Below are positions 39,678-49,675 of a stretch of DNA of 64,000 bases, piece after piece. Source of the stretch: Candidatus Uhrbacteria bacterium GW2011_GWE2_46_68 (GTDB taxonomy: Bacteria; Patescibacteriota; Patescibacteriia; UBA9934; GWF2-40-263); NCBI GenBank assembly GCA_001002765.1, contig LCMS01000002.1, forward strand, positions 1,454 to 65,453, given 5' to 3'. Both the position numbers and the translations under genes were made by a program. The notes beneath the pieces are model-generated. The model saw only the letters and a list, made by a program, of their open reading frames with translations, searched no databases and had not been told where the DNA came from. The number at the start of each line of letters is the position of its first letter. The stretch's first letter is position 1.

Positions 39678-41495
39678 ATGTGTGGCATTATTGGATACGT
39701 CGGCACTCGTCCGGCACAACCGATTCTTTTGCAAGGTCTTCGCAGAATGGAGTACCGCGGTTATGATTCCGCTGGCATGGCCATTTTTGATTCCCAGGGC
39801 GTTTTTGTGCAAAAACACCAAGGAAATGTGCAAAAATTGGCCTCCTCACTTCCCTCCACTCCTATGGAGGGGAGGTGTGGAATTGCGCATACGAGATGGG
39901 CAACACATGGAATTCCAAATGATGTGAACGCACATCCACACACCGATTGTCATGAACAAATTTTTTGTGTGCACAACGGCGTGATTGAAAATCACACGAA
40001 ACTTCGCATCGCCCTCATGAAACGCGGACATCAATTTCGTAGTGATACAGATTCGGAAGTTCTTTCACATTTGATTGAGGAAGCATGGAGACGGGAACAA
40101 TCGTTGGAGGATGCAGTGGCGTATGCTCTCAAACAAGTGAAAGGAACTTATGCCGTTGTGATTTCTGCGCGCGATAAAAAAGATTTTCTGATCGCTGCGC
40201 GCCAAGGGAGTCCGCTTCTCTTTGGTGTTTGCGAAGATCATTCGCTTGTTATCGCTTCTGATCTTTCTGCGATCGCCGATGAGACGCGTGACATTATTAT
40301 TTTAGAAGATCAAGAGATGCTTATAGGGACACAAGACGCTTGGTCCATTCGCACATTAACTGGAGAGAAAAAAGATCGCACCACACAACGTCTTTTGACG
40401 GACCTGACAACCGTTCAAAAAAATGGACATCCGCATTTCATGATTAAAGAAATAACAGAAAGTTCTGATCTTCTGCGGATGTCTATCGCGCGAGAAAAGT
40501 CTACACAAGAGATACATGCCCGCGTGGAGGCACAAAAATATCGATGGCTCCACACCACACGTTTCATTGCCGTGGGATGTGGAGGGATGTTTTACAATGC
40601 CTTGATAGCCTCTCAAGGTTTCGAAGCCATCGCAGGTATTCCGTCCAAAGCGATCACAGGTTCTTCCTTTCGTTACGATTCCTTGATAGTGGATGAGCAA
40701 ACGACCGTTCTTTTCCTTTCTCAATCCGGAGAAACGGCTGATACGATTGCGGCTTTGCGAAAGGCCAAGGGACAAGGAGCCTACACGATTGGCATAACCA
40801 ATGTAATGGGTTCTACAATCGCACGCGAGGCAGACGAAACTTTTTTGATTGCCATGGGCCCGGAGATTTCCGTTGCTTCAACAAAAGCGATGTTTGGCAC
40901 GATTCATGTATTGTCGGAATTGATACATGCGGTTGCTTCTCTCCGAGGAAAAAACCATCCGGAAATTTTGAACGCTTTAGAACAGATTCCCGATCAGCTT
41001 GCCGAGATTGTTGCCAAACGAAAAGAGATTGCTGATCTCACGAAAAAATATCTGACATGTTCTCACGCTTTGGTGATGGGAAGAGGATATGAGGAAGCGG
41101 CAGCTAAAGAAGGAGCGCTTAAACTCATGGAGATCGCCTATCTTCCCGCCCAGGCGTTTCATTCCGGAGAATTAAAACATGGCCCCCTGGCCCTTATTTC
41201 TGATCAAACCTTTGCCCTCTTTTCGATTCCCAAAGATGATGTCTACGAAAAAAATCTTTCCAATATTGAGGAGGTCAAAACGCGACAAGGAAAAGTGATT
41301 GTTCTTACAACCAAAGAGACGGAAGAAGCGCAAGGGATTGCCGATGACATGATGATCATTCCCAAAACCATCTCACTGTTACAGCCGATCCTTTCCATGT
41401 GTGCGCTTCAGTTATTTGCCTACGCTTTTGCGATGCATAAGGGGTATCCTATTGATCAACCGCGGCATCTTGCGAAATCCGTAACCGTGGAATAA
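39678..41495 (+). CDS. glmS: Glutamine--fructose-6-phosphate aminotransferase
   Basis: N-terminal MCGIIGY (catalytic Cys2). Two SIS domains. C-terminal ...VTVE. Confidence 0.95.
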   Translation: MCGIIGYVGTRPAQPILLQGLRRMEYRGYDSAGMAIFDSQGVFVQKHQGNVQKLASSLPSTPMEGRCGIAHTRWATHGIPNDVNAHPHTDCHEQIFCVHNGVIENHTKLRIALMKRGHQFRSDTDSEVLSHLIEEAWRREQSLEDAVAYALKQVKGTYAVVISARDKKDFLIAARQGSPLLFGVCEDHSLVIASDLSAIADETRDIIILEDQEMLIGTQDAWSIRTLTGEKKDRTTQRLLTDLTTVQKNGHPHFMIKEITESSDLLRMSIAREKSTQEIHARVEAQKYRWLHTTRFIAVGCGGMFYNALIASQGFEAIAGIPSKAITGSSFRYDSLIVDEQTTVLFLSQSGETADTIAALRKAKGQGAYTIGITNVMGSTIAREADETFLIAMGPEISVASTKAMFGTIHVLSELIHAVASLRGKNHPEILNALEQIPDQLAEIVAKRKEIADLTKKYLTCSHALVMGRGYEEAAAKEGALKLMEIAYLPAQAFHSGELKHGPLALISDQTFALFSIPKDDVYEKNLSNIEEVKTRQGKVIVLTTKETEEAQGIADDMMIIPKTISLLQPILSMCALQLFAYAFAMHKGYPIDQPRHLAKSVTVE

Positions 41496-41516
41496 CGTTT
41501 TTTTGAGGGAGAGCCC

Positions 41517-42098
41517 ATGAAGTTTCATCTCGTTCTTTCAAGACATACGCAAACCCATTGGAATGCACAGTGCCGTTATTCGGGTCAGGCCGATGTGCCA
41601 CTTGATGATACGGGAATTTTGCAAGCAGACGATTTGGGAGAGAAACTTTCTTCACACTCTCTTTTGTTCATTTACTCTTCTGATCTGATTCGAGCGGTTT
41701 CCACAGCTCAAGCGATTGCGAAAAAACAAAAGCTGCGGATACAGGTGAGAACCGATATGCGATTGCGTGAAGTTCATGCGGGAGAAATAACCGGGCTTAC
41801 AAAAACGGATGCTGATTTGCGTTTCCCGGCTCCACATTTTTCCACGCACCATACGGAATTTGATTTTAGATCCATCGGCGGTGAGTCTGCTTTGCAAGTT
41901 CGAGGGCGTCTCCATGATTTTTTCCACGACCTTGCATCCACTCACCATGATCTTGTGATGACTGGTCCACACATTCTTCTTATGGGTCATGGATCTGCGT
42001 TTCGTCACTTCCTCACCCATCACGGACATGTTTGGAATCTACCTCAAGGTGGTTTCCAAATTGTTACGCTCGATTTTCCCTTACGCAAAGAGCTTTAA
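41517..42098 (+). CDS. Histidine phosphatase (phosphoglycerate mutase-like) family protein
   Basis: RHTQTHWN catalytic motif. Confidence 0.7.
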   Translation: MKFHLVLSRHTQTHWNAQCRYSGQADVPLDDTGILQADDLGEKLSSHSLLFIYSSDLIRAVSTAQAIAKKQKLRIQVRTDMRLREVHAGEITGLTKTDADLRFPAPHFSTHHTEFDFRSIGGESALQVRGRLHDFFHDLASTHHDLVMTGPHILLMGHGSAFRHFLTHHGHVWNLPQGGFQIVTLDFPLRKEL

Positions 42099-42229
42099 CC
42101 AGCTCTTTTTTTGCATTCATGATTTTAACTTGCTTATTCCACGCAGCTTGGCCTACTCCGCCGAAGTAGCTTCGGCTACGAAGGCCGGACTGCGCAGAGG
42201 TTCATTTGGCTCGTTGCCGTCAGTCATAA

Positions 42230-43270
42230 CTATTTAATAACCATGATCCTTGCCATTCGATCAACCGTGCTATCAAGATCGAATGATGACTGCTCATTCT
42301 CACAGGCGGTCTTTTGCGGATCGTCATAATTGGCGCACTGCACGGCCTGTAAACTGAAAGTGAAAATGACAGTCTTGTGCTCTGCCTGTGTCGAGTCGGT
42401 CGAATAAAGAGGAAAGGCGTAGGCGTAATTGGTATAAACACTGCCGGCCGCGCCTTCGCTTTTTTTGGTTACGCAATAAGTCCGATCATCCACCATACGC
42501 TTTAGCGTCTGGCCAGCTCGAGCAGTTTCCGATCCTGCTTCGGTGCAGGTAAATGGCTCGTTCAAAACCTGAATCTGCGGAGGCCAATCAACAGTGTGGA
42601 TGTATTCGGTGAGTAAGGTTTTAGGATACTGGAACGTTATGCCGGTCTTGCTATCGGTGGCTGTTATCCAAAGATTGTTATTCTCTCCCGGACACTGGGC
42701 AAACTCGCATTTGGGTCCGGTACGCCCGACATACGAACCGTCCGGACAGAGTTTAGCTTCCTGTGTGCATGCAACTTGTCCAGAGCCAGAGGAAGGATTG
42801 AGTTGCCAAATCGAATAATTCAAATAGCCGGCGAAACTAACCCAGAGAATATATGGCAAAAGAAGCCACATGGCCGGTTTAGAAATTTTTGCAAAGGCGA
42901 CGATCATGGCGAGAATGGCAAGCCAGAGGAAAATAATTTCAATCAACGCACCACCCGGACTGCGCAGACCAAAAAAGATAATTGACCAAAGCGTGTTCAA
43001 GACCAGCTGGCCGAGGAATATGCCGAGGGCGATTTTTACATCCCTACGATCCAACCCTTTCTTCCAAACAAGAAACGCCGTGATACCCATAAGCGCAAAC
43101 AATGTCGTCCACACCGGTCCGAACACCCACGCCGGAGGATTGAGAGCTGGTTTGACAATCCCTGCATACCAGCCGGCAATGGACGGTGTCGTAAACACCG
43201 AGCCGATGATACCGGCGAGCTCAGACACTACGATGGCGATAATGAGTTTGAGCGTGTTGTTCATTTTCAT
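42230..43270 (-). CDS. TspO/MBR (translocator protein) domain fused to a C-terminal Cys-rich extracytoplasmic domain
   Basis: GWYAGIVKPALNPPAWVFGPVWTTLFALMG...LVW matches TspO. About 170 extra C-terminal residues with 8 Cys. Start at MKMNN (43270). Confidence 0.7.
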   Translation of the reverse strand: MKMNNTLKLIIAIVVSELAGIIGSVFTTPSIAGWYAGIVKPALNPPAWVFGPVWTTLFALMGITAFLVWKKGLDRRDVKIALGIFLGQLVLNTLWSIIFFGLRSPGGALIEIIFLWLAILAMIVAFAKISKPAMWLLLPYILWVSFAGYLNYSIWQLNPSSGSGQVACTQEAKLCPDGSYVGRTGPKCEFAQCPGENNNLWITATDSKTGITFQYPKTLLTEYIHTVDWPPQIQVLNEPFTCTEAGSETARAGQTLKRMVDDRTYCVTKKSEGAAGSVYTNYAYAFPLYSTDSTQAEHKTVIFTFSLQAVQCANYDDPQKTACENEQSSFDLDSTVDRMARIMVIK

Positions 43271-43682
43271 AATATTAATATCAACTGTTTTGGTATTTTT
43301 GTTGATATTGGTCATGCAGATATCAACTATTTGATATCCGCATTATATTCTAATAATTTTTCGGCTGGGGAGATACTGCCAAGTACCTCGTGCGGAAAGT
43401 AGTTCCAAGCATCGGTTACCAGTTCGAGCACATTGCTCAATTCCGATGCGTCTCCGACACGATCTGGGTAAGATGACAAAAGTGATAATAGATTGTGAGC
43501 CTTTGTTTAATTGGACAATGAAAATGGAAATACTCGAGGTAAAAAAACGCATCTACGAGATGCGAAAGGAGGGGGCTTCCTACATGAAAGAGGAATTTGT
43601 GGAACGCAAGGATGAAGCAGAAAACGAAATACCTACAGAAGCAAGGGGTGAAGCCCCGAGCAAGGAGACTCATTCAATATGG

Positions 43683-43754
43683 TGGACCAGTGGGGATTCG
43701 AACCCCAGACCCCCGCCTTGCAAAGGCGGTGCTCTACCAACTGAGCTACTGGCC
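43683..43754 (-). tRNA. tRNA-Ala (anticodon TGC)
   Basis: Hand-folded: GGGCCAG acceptor, anticodon loop TTTGCAA, T-loop TTCGAAT, CCA encoded. Confidence 0.8.
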
Positions 43755-43912
43755 CCTATTTCCAAACATTTTGTGGCAAAATCATAACATTCCGAACCCT
43801 AAGCGTCAACGGATTTTGTGAGAAATACATTGGAAAATTGTCTGCACATCATTTTTAGCTGATGAATAGAAAAACAAAAAAGAAGCCTGGCATGGCTTCT
43901 TTGCGTAGACCC

Positions 43913-44665
43913 TTAGGATCCGTTTGTGAGCTTGCGTCCCATGGCCCGTGCGGCTTTGAGTTTTGGAGATACCACCCCGAGTTCTTGATCCATTTCTTTC
44001 TCAAGTGCGGCAACATTTGCCGCCACCGAAAGAGGGTCATGAAGGCGATGTTCGACACCATCGAGTGATCGGCGGATTTGATCCTCAAGTTCCCGTACAT
44101 GTTCCAGAGATGTCGCAAGCGAATCATCTGGTGCAGTCAGTTGTGGCTTGGAGTCACCTTCTTTTTCCATCTGCAAGAGAATGTTAGCTACTTGTACATG
44201 CCGTGTGGTTTCTTCTTGCAGGCTCAATAGAGACTCATGCATTTGTGCTTCGTTCAAAAGAGGTTCCATGCATCCCAGACTACGCATCTCGCAGTATCTA
44301 TTCCAACGACGAATCATCACACTGACGCGATTCTGGATGAGTCCCACCAAATGGGCGAAAATATCATAGCGAGAAAAAAGAGAACTCGGCAGAACCAGAG
44401 GGTTGATTTCCCCTCGGTTTATTACACGTTCCGTCATTACAGCAGATACTATAATCAAGAGATAAAAAATGTCTAAGAATACGAAGGTTCCTGTGAAGTA
44501 GTATGCGTTCTCAAGGAAAGATATGACAGCGAAAACAGAGAGGAAACAGGCTATGAATGCTGCCGTACATGTCTTTCTCTGACAAGATATTTTCTCAGTT
44601 TCCGCTTTTTGACATAGGCTGTTACAACTTTCAACACTTGGGATGATAAGATCGTTTTTTTTCAT
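43913..44665 (-). CDS. Hypothetical membrane/coiled-coil protein
   Basis: ORF with N-terminal TM helices and a C-terminal coiled-coil-like region. Start uncertain. Confidence 0.3.
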   Translation of the reverse strand: MKKNDLIIPSVESCNSLCQKAETEKISCQRKTCTAAFIACFLSVFAVISFLENAYYFTGTFVFLDIFYLLIIVSAVMTERVINRGEINPLVLPSSLFSRYDIFAHLVGLIQNRVSVMIRRWNRYCEMRSLGCMEPLLNEAQMHESLLSLQEETTRHVQVANILLQMEKEGDSKPQLTAPDDSLATSLEHVRELEDQIRRSLDGVEHRLHDPLSVAANVAALEKEMDQELGVVSPKLKAARAMGRKLTNGS

Positions 44666-44808
44666 GACCCGTAACCCCCAAGTGTTTTTTTTGAAAGAAC
44701 AAAGGTTCATATCTTTATCATTTTTAGCCAAAAAGTTAACCCACTTGCCTTGACGCAGGGCAAGTTTTCTGCTAACTTAAGCCGTCTTTCTTTCCACGGA
44801 GACAAGAC

Positions 44809-46200
44809 ATGTCAAACGTTCTTTCCACATGCATATTGTGTGTTTTCTTCACCGTCTTTGCGGGATGTGATGAGGAGCAGAAAATTTTCCGATCAAGTCG
44901 CCTGTGTGCCGGATCCTCGGAGAAAATATCCGAAGTGACGGCACAAACCGATCCAGAGGTTGAGGTGACGGTGATCCCTCCAAATGAGGAACCCACTCGT
45001 GATCCGGAGGATGAAGTGCTCGAGACCACCCCACTTCCTCCGCAAGCCCCGCTTCCTACCGAGTTTATAAATCTTCTTACCCATACGGCCTATCTCCCTC
45101 CCGGTTCTCCCCGGCAAAGTGATGTGCCCGAACATTTGGGAGGGGCGATCAAGACCGGATATCTTATTCTCAACTCCATGCACCTTGAAAGAAGTCGCTG
45201 TGGGGGATCGGGATCTGGTTGGCGAAAGTGTTTCGGGGACTATTTGATCGCCGCAACGGATGCACAGGGAAGGGTAAATGTTTTTTCTCTCTACGAGGGA
45301 GAGGAAGCTTCCCATCATTTCAAGGTTACCTGTGAGCGCAAAGGTGGATGCCAAGGCGGAGTCAATCCTTCTTTTCATGTGGAGTCTCCTTTGGGATGGA
45401 CCGTGGTCGCGATTCGTACCGCTGTGCGCGCCAAGGACGATGCAACCCAAGGGGCGGTGTATATTCCCTACAGCTCCAGGCTCGATACACCCGAGCTTCG
45501 AGACGCGGCTATCGATTATTTGGGGGACATTGCCCTTTCCGCTTATTATGATCTTCATGCTAGGCAATTGGAGTCGGATTTTCTCACAGATAAACTTGTT
45601 GTGGATGTGGGGACCCTTGATCACATCATCGCCTTGATTTTGACTGAGCAAATGCTCCATGACCTTGATTTTGTAAACGGAGACGATGCGGTGCGACTTG
45701 CTATGCTCAATCGAACTCTGACCATTATCGGTGCCAACCGTGATCGGTCCTTCTGGTATACACGCAGCCGTGTGGGTGCAACAGGAATCGGGCAGATCAT
45801 GCCCGGAACCTATAACCGCCTGCGGGAGCGATATGATCGTGCCGGACTTCCTGAGGATAGAGAGTTTGGTCGTCTGGATCATGCCATGGCTCTCAAGGCC
45901 ATGATCATCCATGCGGATGCCGAGCTTTGGCCCATGAGTGATGAATACCGTCATTTCGTGATCGAACATCCCAAGGAAGGTCGTTTGATTTTGGCAGGCG
46001 GATACAATGCCAATGTGAAGAGGGTCTACGAAGCGATCAAAGAATGTGGAGACACATGGCGAGAGCCGTCTTGTAAAAAGCTTCCGGCAGAGACTCGCCG
46101 ATATCTCATCAAGTACGAATGGATTTATGCTGTCTTGTTTGATCCTGCCTTTCGAGAACAGGTATGGCTAAATGCATTTACGCAAAGAGCTCCCCAGTAG
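44809..46200 (+). CDS. Secreted protein, possibly a lytic-transglycosylase (SLT)-like domain
   Basis: Signal peptide. GATGIGQIMPGTYNRL resembles the SLT GLMQ(I/V)MP motif. Otherwise unassigned. Confidence 0.35.
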   Translation: MSNVLSTCILCVFFTVFAGCDEEQKIFRSSRLCAGSSEKISEVTAQTDPEVEVTVIPPNEEPTRDPEDEVLETTPLPPQAPLPTEFINLLTHTAYLPPGSPRQSDVPEHLGGAIKTGYLILNSMHLERSRCGGSGSGWRKCFGDYLIAATDAQGRVNVFSLYEGEEASHHFKVTCERKGGCQGGVNPSFHVESPLGWTVVAIRTAVRAKDDATQGAVYIPYSSRLDTPELRDAAIDYLGDIALSAYYDLHARQLESDFLTDKLVVDVGTLDHIIALILTEQMLHDLDFVNGDDAVRLAMLNRTLTIIGANRDRSFWYTRSRVGATGIGQIMPGTYNRLRERYDRAGLPEDREFGRLDHAMALKAMIIHADAELWPMSDEYRHFVIEHPKEGRLILAGGYNANVKRVYEAIKECGDTWREPSCKKLPAETRRYLIKYEWIYAVLFDPAFREQVWLNAFTQRAPQ

Positions 46201-46214
46201 GGAAGCTCTTTTTT

Positions 46215-46520
46215 GTATTTTAAGGGGGTTTCACCCCCCTTGCCCCCTCTCCGCTTTTCTTTGGCCTGCAAAGAAAAGAAACAGGCCGCCCGCCTGCGCT
46301 CGCCAGGCCACCTTTGGCACTGCTCGCCTTGGCTGTGGAACGTCGCTTGCCTCCTGTGGCTGACAGAAAAAACAAATGGTCAGCCTTGGAGGCTTCGCTC
46401 GAACCATCCTCGCCACAACAAGCCTAGCTTGTTGTCGGCTCGCTTGTGCCAAGGTGGCTCTGGCGTGCTCGGAGGGCGGGACAAAAGATAGGATTCTGTT
46501 TTGGAAATAGGATTTCTAAG
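46215..46520. other. GC-rich, hairpin-rich intergenic region between convergent genes (candidate structured ncRNA)
   Basis: Contains GGCCTG..CAGGCC, GGCTGAC..GTCAGCC and ACAACAAGC..GCTTGTTGT hairpins. Noticeably higher G+C than the surrounding sequence. No convincing ORF. Confidence 0.3.
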
Positions 46521-46522
46521 AC

Positions 46523-47521
46523 TTATACAATCTCATTGACCTGACAAGGCAGACGTTTGCCTTTCAAAAATAGCAAGATATTTTCGGCCACAACCTTGGC
46601 CATAGCCTCACGCGCTTCTATGGTGGAGGAGGCTATATGCGGAGTGAGGACAACATTTTTCATTTTTCGCAGTTCCAAGTGGTCGTGAGGATCGCAATCA
46701 ATCATAGGTTCGCATTCGTACACATCAAGTCCTGCACCGGCGATTTGCTTACGCGCTAAAGCCTTCAAAAGTTCTCGTTCATCCACGACAGGACCTCGAG
46801 CCGTATTGATGAGAAAGGCGGTTTTTTTCATGAGTGCCAATTCCTTTGTGCTGATCAAATGATGTGTGGAAGGTAGAAGGGGAACATGCAAGGAAACAAA
46901 ATCAGAGCGTTTTAACAGTTCGTTTATACTGACAAACTTTGCCCCGGTTTCTTTTTCAAGCACAGGATTACGTTTCACATCATGATAGAGAATTTTCATG
47001 AAAAATCCGTCGTGCATCCTGTGCACCACAGCTTCTCCAATGGCCCCGGTTCCGATGATCCCTAGCGTTTTTCCATATACATCAGTTCCAAGGAGAAGGT
47101 GGGGATCCCAACCTTTATAATTTCCGGCGCGTGTAAAAGCATCAGATTCCACAATGCGGCGGGTGAGAGCAAACAAAAGTGCGATCGTGTGTTCTGCCAC
47201 AGATTCGGAAACATAGGGAGAAGGAGCATTAGCCACCGCGATTTTACGTTTCGTTGCCGCTTCCACATCAATATTATTAAAACCTACGGCGTAGTTCACA
47301 ATCAATTTAAGGGAGGACCCGGCGGCATCCATCACCTTGGCATCAATGCGATCGGTGAGAAGACACAAAAGAATATCTACGCCTTTTATGCGTTTGAGCA
47401 GTTCTTTTTGCGGGATCACTCGATTTTTTTCATACACATCAAGTCGAAGACGTTTGTCTTTTAAAAGAAGGTTCATGCCAATATCTGGGATACGGCGAGT
47501 GACAAGGACGCGGTAGTTCAT
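46523..47521 (-). CDS. D-isomer-specific 2-hydroxyacid dehydrogenase (glyoxylate/hydroxypyruvate reductase-like)
   Basis: NAD-binding GIIGTGAIG and the catalytic-domain pattern. Start at MNYRV. Confidence 0.8.
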   Translation of the reverse strand: MNYRVLVTRRIPDIGMNLLLKDKRLRLDVYEKNRVIPQKELLKRIKGVDILLCLLTDRIDAKVMDAAGSSLKLIVNYAVGFNNIDVEAATKRKIAVANAPSPYVSESVAEHTIALLFALTRRIVESDAFTRAGNYKGWDPHLLLGTDVYGKTLGIIGTGAIGEAVVHRMHDGFFMKILYHDVKRNPVLEKETGAKFVSINELLKRSDFVSLHVPLLPSTHHLISTKELALMKKTAFLINTARGPVVDERELLKALARKQIAGAGLDVYECEPMIDCDPHDHLELRKMKNVVLTPHIASSTIEAREAMAKVVAENILLFLKGKRLPCQVNEIV

Positions 47522-48510
47522 AGAGTCTTTTTTGTTTTGATGTGAAATTTTTTGAGGGACTTTATGGATGGCCATGCGTGGAGAATTCCAATTTTGGCGC
47601 CATAATGTTGGATCACAGACTCGGCATTAGCCATTCCCAAAGCCAGTGCGGTTTCCAATGGTTTGTTTTGGATAAAAGCGGCCACACATCCGGATCCAAA
47701 CGCATCTCCCGCTCCTGTTTGTGAAATGGGTTTTACTTTGGAGGCAGGGGCAAAAAGGAAACGATGGCCATCATCGGCATAGGCACCTTTGGGACCATCG
47801 GTGATGAGGGTGATTTTTCCTTCTCGATGCAAAAGGCGGAACATTGCGGAAAGTTTTGTGGCTTTGGTGAGAAGGTGAGCCTCTTCTTTGTTCACATTAA
47901 AAACATTCACCAAAGGAAGGATTGTTCCAAACGCATGCAGGCCTTTTTCCAATTCTTGGCTCCCCGGGTTCCAGGCGATCTTGATTTTGTGTTTGGCCGC
48001 ATGTTCGATGATTTGTTTTGCCAGAGAAAAATTTCCTCCCAAAGATGTGAGATAGATCCATTTGGAACGCAGTTGACGCCAAGGGATAGAAGCGGATTTA
48101 AAGGAAGCCGAGACCCCGCGATACACAAGAATTGTACGTTCTCCATTTTTCATCGTAAGGATAACAGACGATCCTGTACGTCCTCCCACAATTTTTTTTA
48201 CAAGAGAGGTATGCACTCCTTCCGCTTGCAATGTTTCGATGACATCTCGTCCCGGAGCATCTTCACCCACTTGGCAGCAGGTTGCGGTTTTATATCCAAG
48301 ACGGGCAAAGGTGACGGCTGCATTACTTGCCCCGCCTCCGGTTGTCAGTACCAGATCATCCAATTCTATTTTGTCTCCCAAGTTGAGACACTCGCCAGTG
48401 CCAGAGGAAAAGGTTTTGGAATGAATGGCCACGAACGCATCAGAGACAAGGAAGGTGTCGCGTGTAGCCCCGCCGATGGTGATGATATCGAGCATAGAAT
48501 TAAGAGTCAT
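47518..48510 (-). CDS. PfkB-family carbohydrate/nucleoside kinase (ribokinase-like)
   Basis: GGGASNAAV, the TGAGDAF anion hole and the DT.GAGD motif. Confidence 0.8.
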   Translation of the reverse strand: MTLNSMLDIITIGGATRDTFLVSDAFVAIHSKTFSSGTGECLNLGDKIELDDLVLTTGGGASNAAVTFARLGYKTATCCQVGEDAPGRDVIETLQAEGVHTSLVKKIVGGRTGSSVILTMKNGERTILVYRGVSASFKSASIPWRQLRSKWIYLTSLGGNFSLAKQIIEHAAKHKIKIAWNPGSQELEKGLHAFGTILPLVNVFNVNKEEAHLLTKATKLSAMFRLLHREGKITLITDGPKGAYADDGHRFLFAPASKVKPISQTGAGDAFGSGCVAAFIQNKPLETALALGMANAESVIQHYGAKIGILHAWPSIKSLKKFHIKTKKTL

Positions 48511-49666
48511 GTCGAGATAAAAGTGTGGAATCAGATTTGCTCCCGCCCCATTTTTTTGGCGTGCGCTCAAGCGCTTCTTTTTGAATGGACTGTTTGAGCG
48601 CAAAACTTTTTTCTTTGGCCAAGGTGAGATATTCCGGGATCAAAGAGACTTTTTTTCCTCGTTTGCGATCAAGTGCGCGTTTTGCGGCAAGAACAATAAA
48701 AGGGGCTGTAAGTCCATACGCGGTTTTCAACTCCGAAGCCTCCCCGCTTGTACCAAAGCGATCTTGGATGCCGATGCGTTCAAGCGGAATAGGACAGGAG
48801 GCTGTAAGATATTCGGTGACCGCACCACCCAATCCTCCGGCGACCTGACCATCCTCACAAGTGACAAACGCTCCGGTTTGTTTTGCAGCCATCAAAAGAG
48901 TTTTTGTATCAAGCGGTTTGATCGTATGACAATTGATGACGCACGCTTGGATTCCTTGTTTTAAAAGAAGATCGGCTGCCACCAGCGCTTCATAAAGAAT
49001 CGGCCCTGCGGCAACAATCGTGACATCTGTTCCTTGCCTATACACTTCTGCCCTTCCGATACGGAAAGGAGTTTTTGGCGTAGTAAAGATTGGAGAAGAC
49101 TCCCGCGCTAAACGCAGGTAAGAAGGAGAAGATAATTTTGCGATCGCCAAGGTGGCTTTTTTTGCTTCGATTTGATCTGCAGGAACGACCACGGTCATGT
49201 CCGGGAGCGAACGCATCATGGCAATATCCTCGGTCATCTGATGGGTAGCGCCATCAGGTCCAACTCCCACGCCCGCATGAGACCCGACGATCACCACAGG
49301 AAGATGTTGCAGACAGATGCAGGTGCGGATTTGTTCAAAATTGCGTCCGGGAGAAAAAGCGGCGTAGGCGGCCACAAACGGTTTTTTTCCACACAGGGCC
49401 ATGCCTGCGGCAATGGATGCGGCAGATTGTTCGGAAACACCAAGTTGTACAAAACGATCAGGATATGTTTTTTTAAACTCCATGCTTTGGGTTGACTCTG
49501 TCACATCACAACAAAGCACCACGATGGAAGGATTTTTACGCCCCGCTTCCACCAAACCCTGTCCATAACCCACACGCGTGGAAGCAAACACAAGATGCTT
49601 GGCATCAAAAAGATGATGGCTCAAGTAAGCTTGTTTGAGGATTGCGGATTTGGGAGCAGAGGACAT
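48500..49666 (-). CDS. Transketolase, C-terminal (pyrimidine-binding) subunit
   Basis: Matches transketolase Pyr and C-terminal domains (VQLGVSEQ, GSHAGVGVGPDGATHQ). Confidence 0.85.
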   Translation of the reverse strand: MSSAPKSAILKQAYLSHHLFDAKHLVFASTRVGYGQGLVEAGRKNPSIVVLCCDVTESTQSMEFKKTYPDRFVQLGVSEQSAASIAAGMALCGKKPFVAAYAAFSPGRNFEQIRTCICLQHLPVVIVGSHAGVGVGPDGATHQMTEDIAMMRSLPDMTVVVPADQIEAKKATLAIAKLSSPSYLRLARESSPIFTTPKTPFRIGRAEVYRQGTDVTIVAAGPILYEALVAADLLLKQGIQACVINCHTIKPLDTKTLLMAAKQTGAFVTCEDGQVAGGLGGAVTEYLTASCPIPLERIGIQDRFGTSGEASELKTAYGLTAPFIVLAAKRALDRKRGKKVSLIPEYLTLAKEKSFALKQSIQKEALERTPKKWGGSKSDSTLLSRHDS

Positions 49667-49675
49667 ACAGAGGTT

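Noticed and set aside
43446-43787. 113-aa ORF between the TspO gene and tRNA-Ala
   Set aside because: The reading frame runs through the tRNA-Ala gene. At most a short upstream micro-ORF could be real, and there is no supporting signal.
46231-46452. 73-92-aa ORFs in the GC-rich intergenic block
   Set aside because: They are Ala/Arg/Pro/Gln-rich low-complexity translations on both strands without RBS. They are more consistent with a structured non-coding region.
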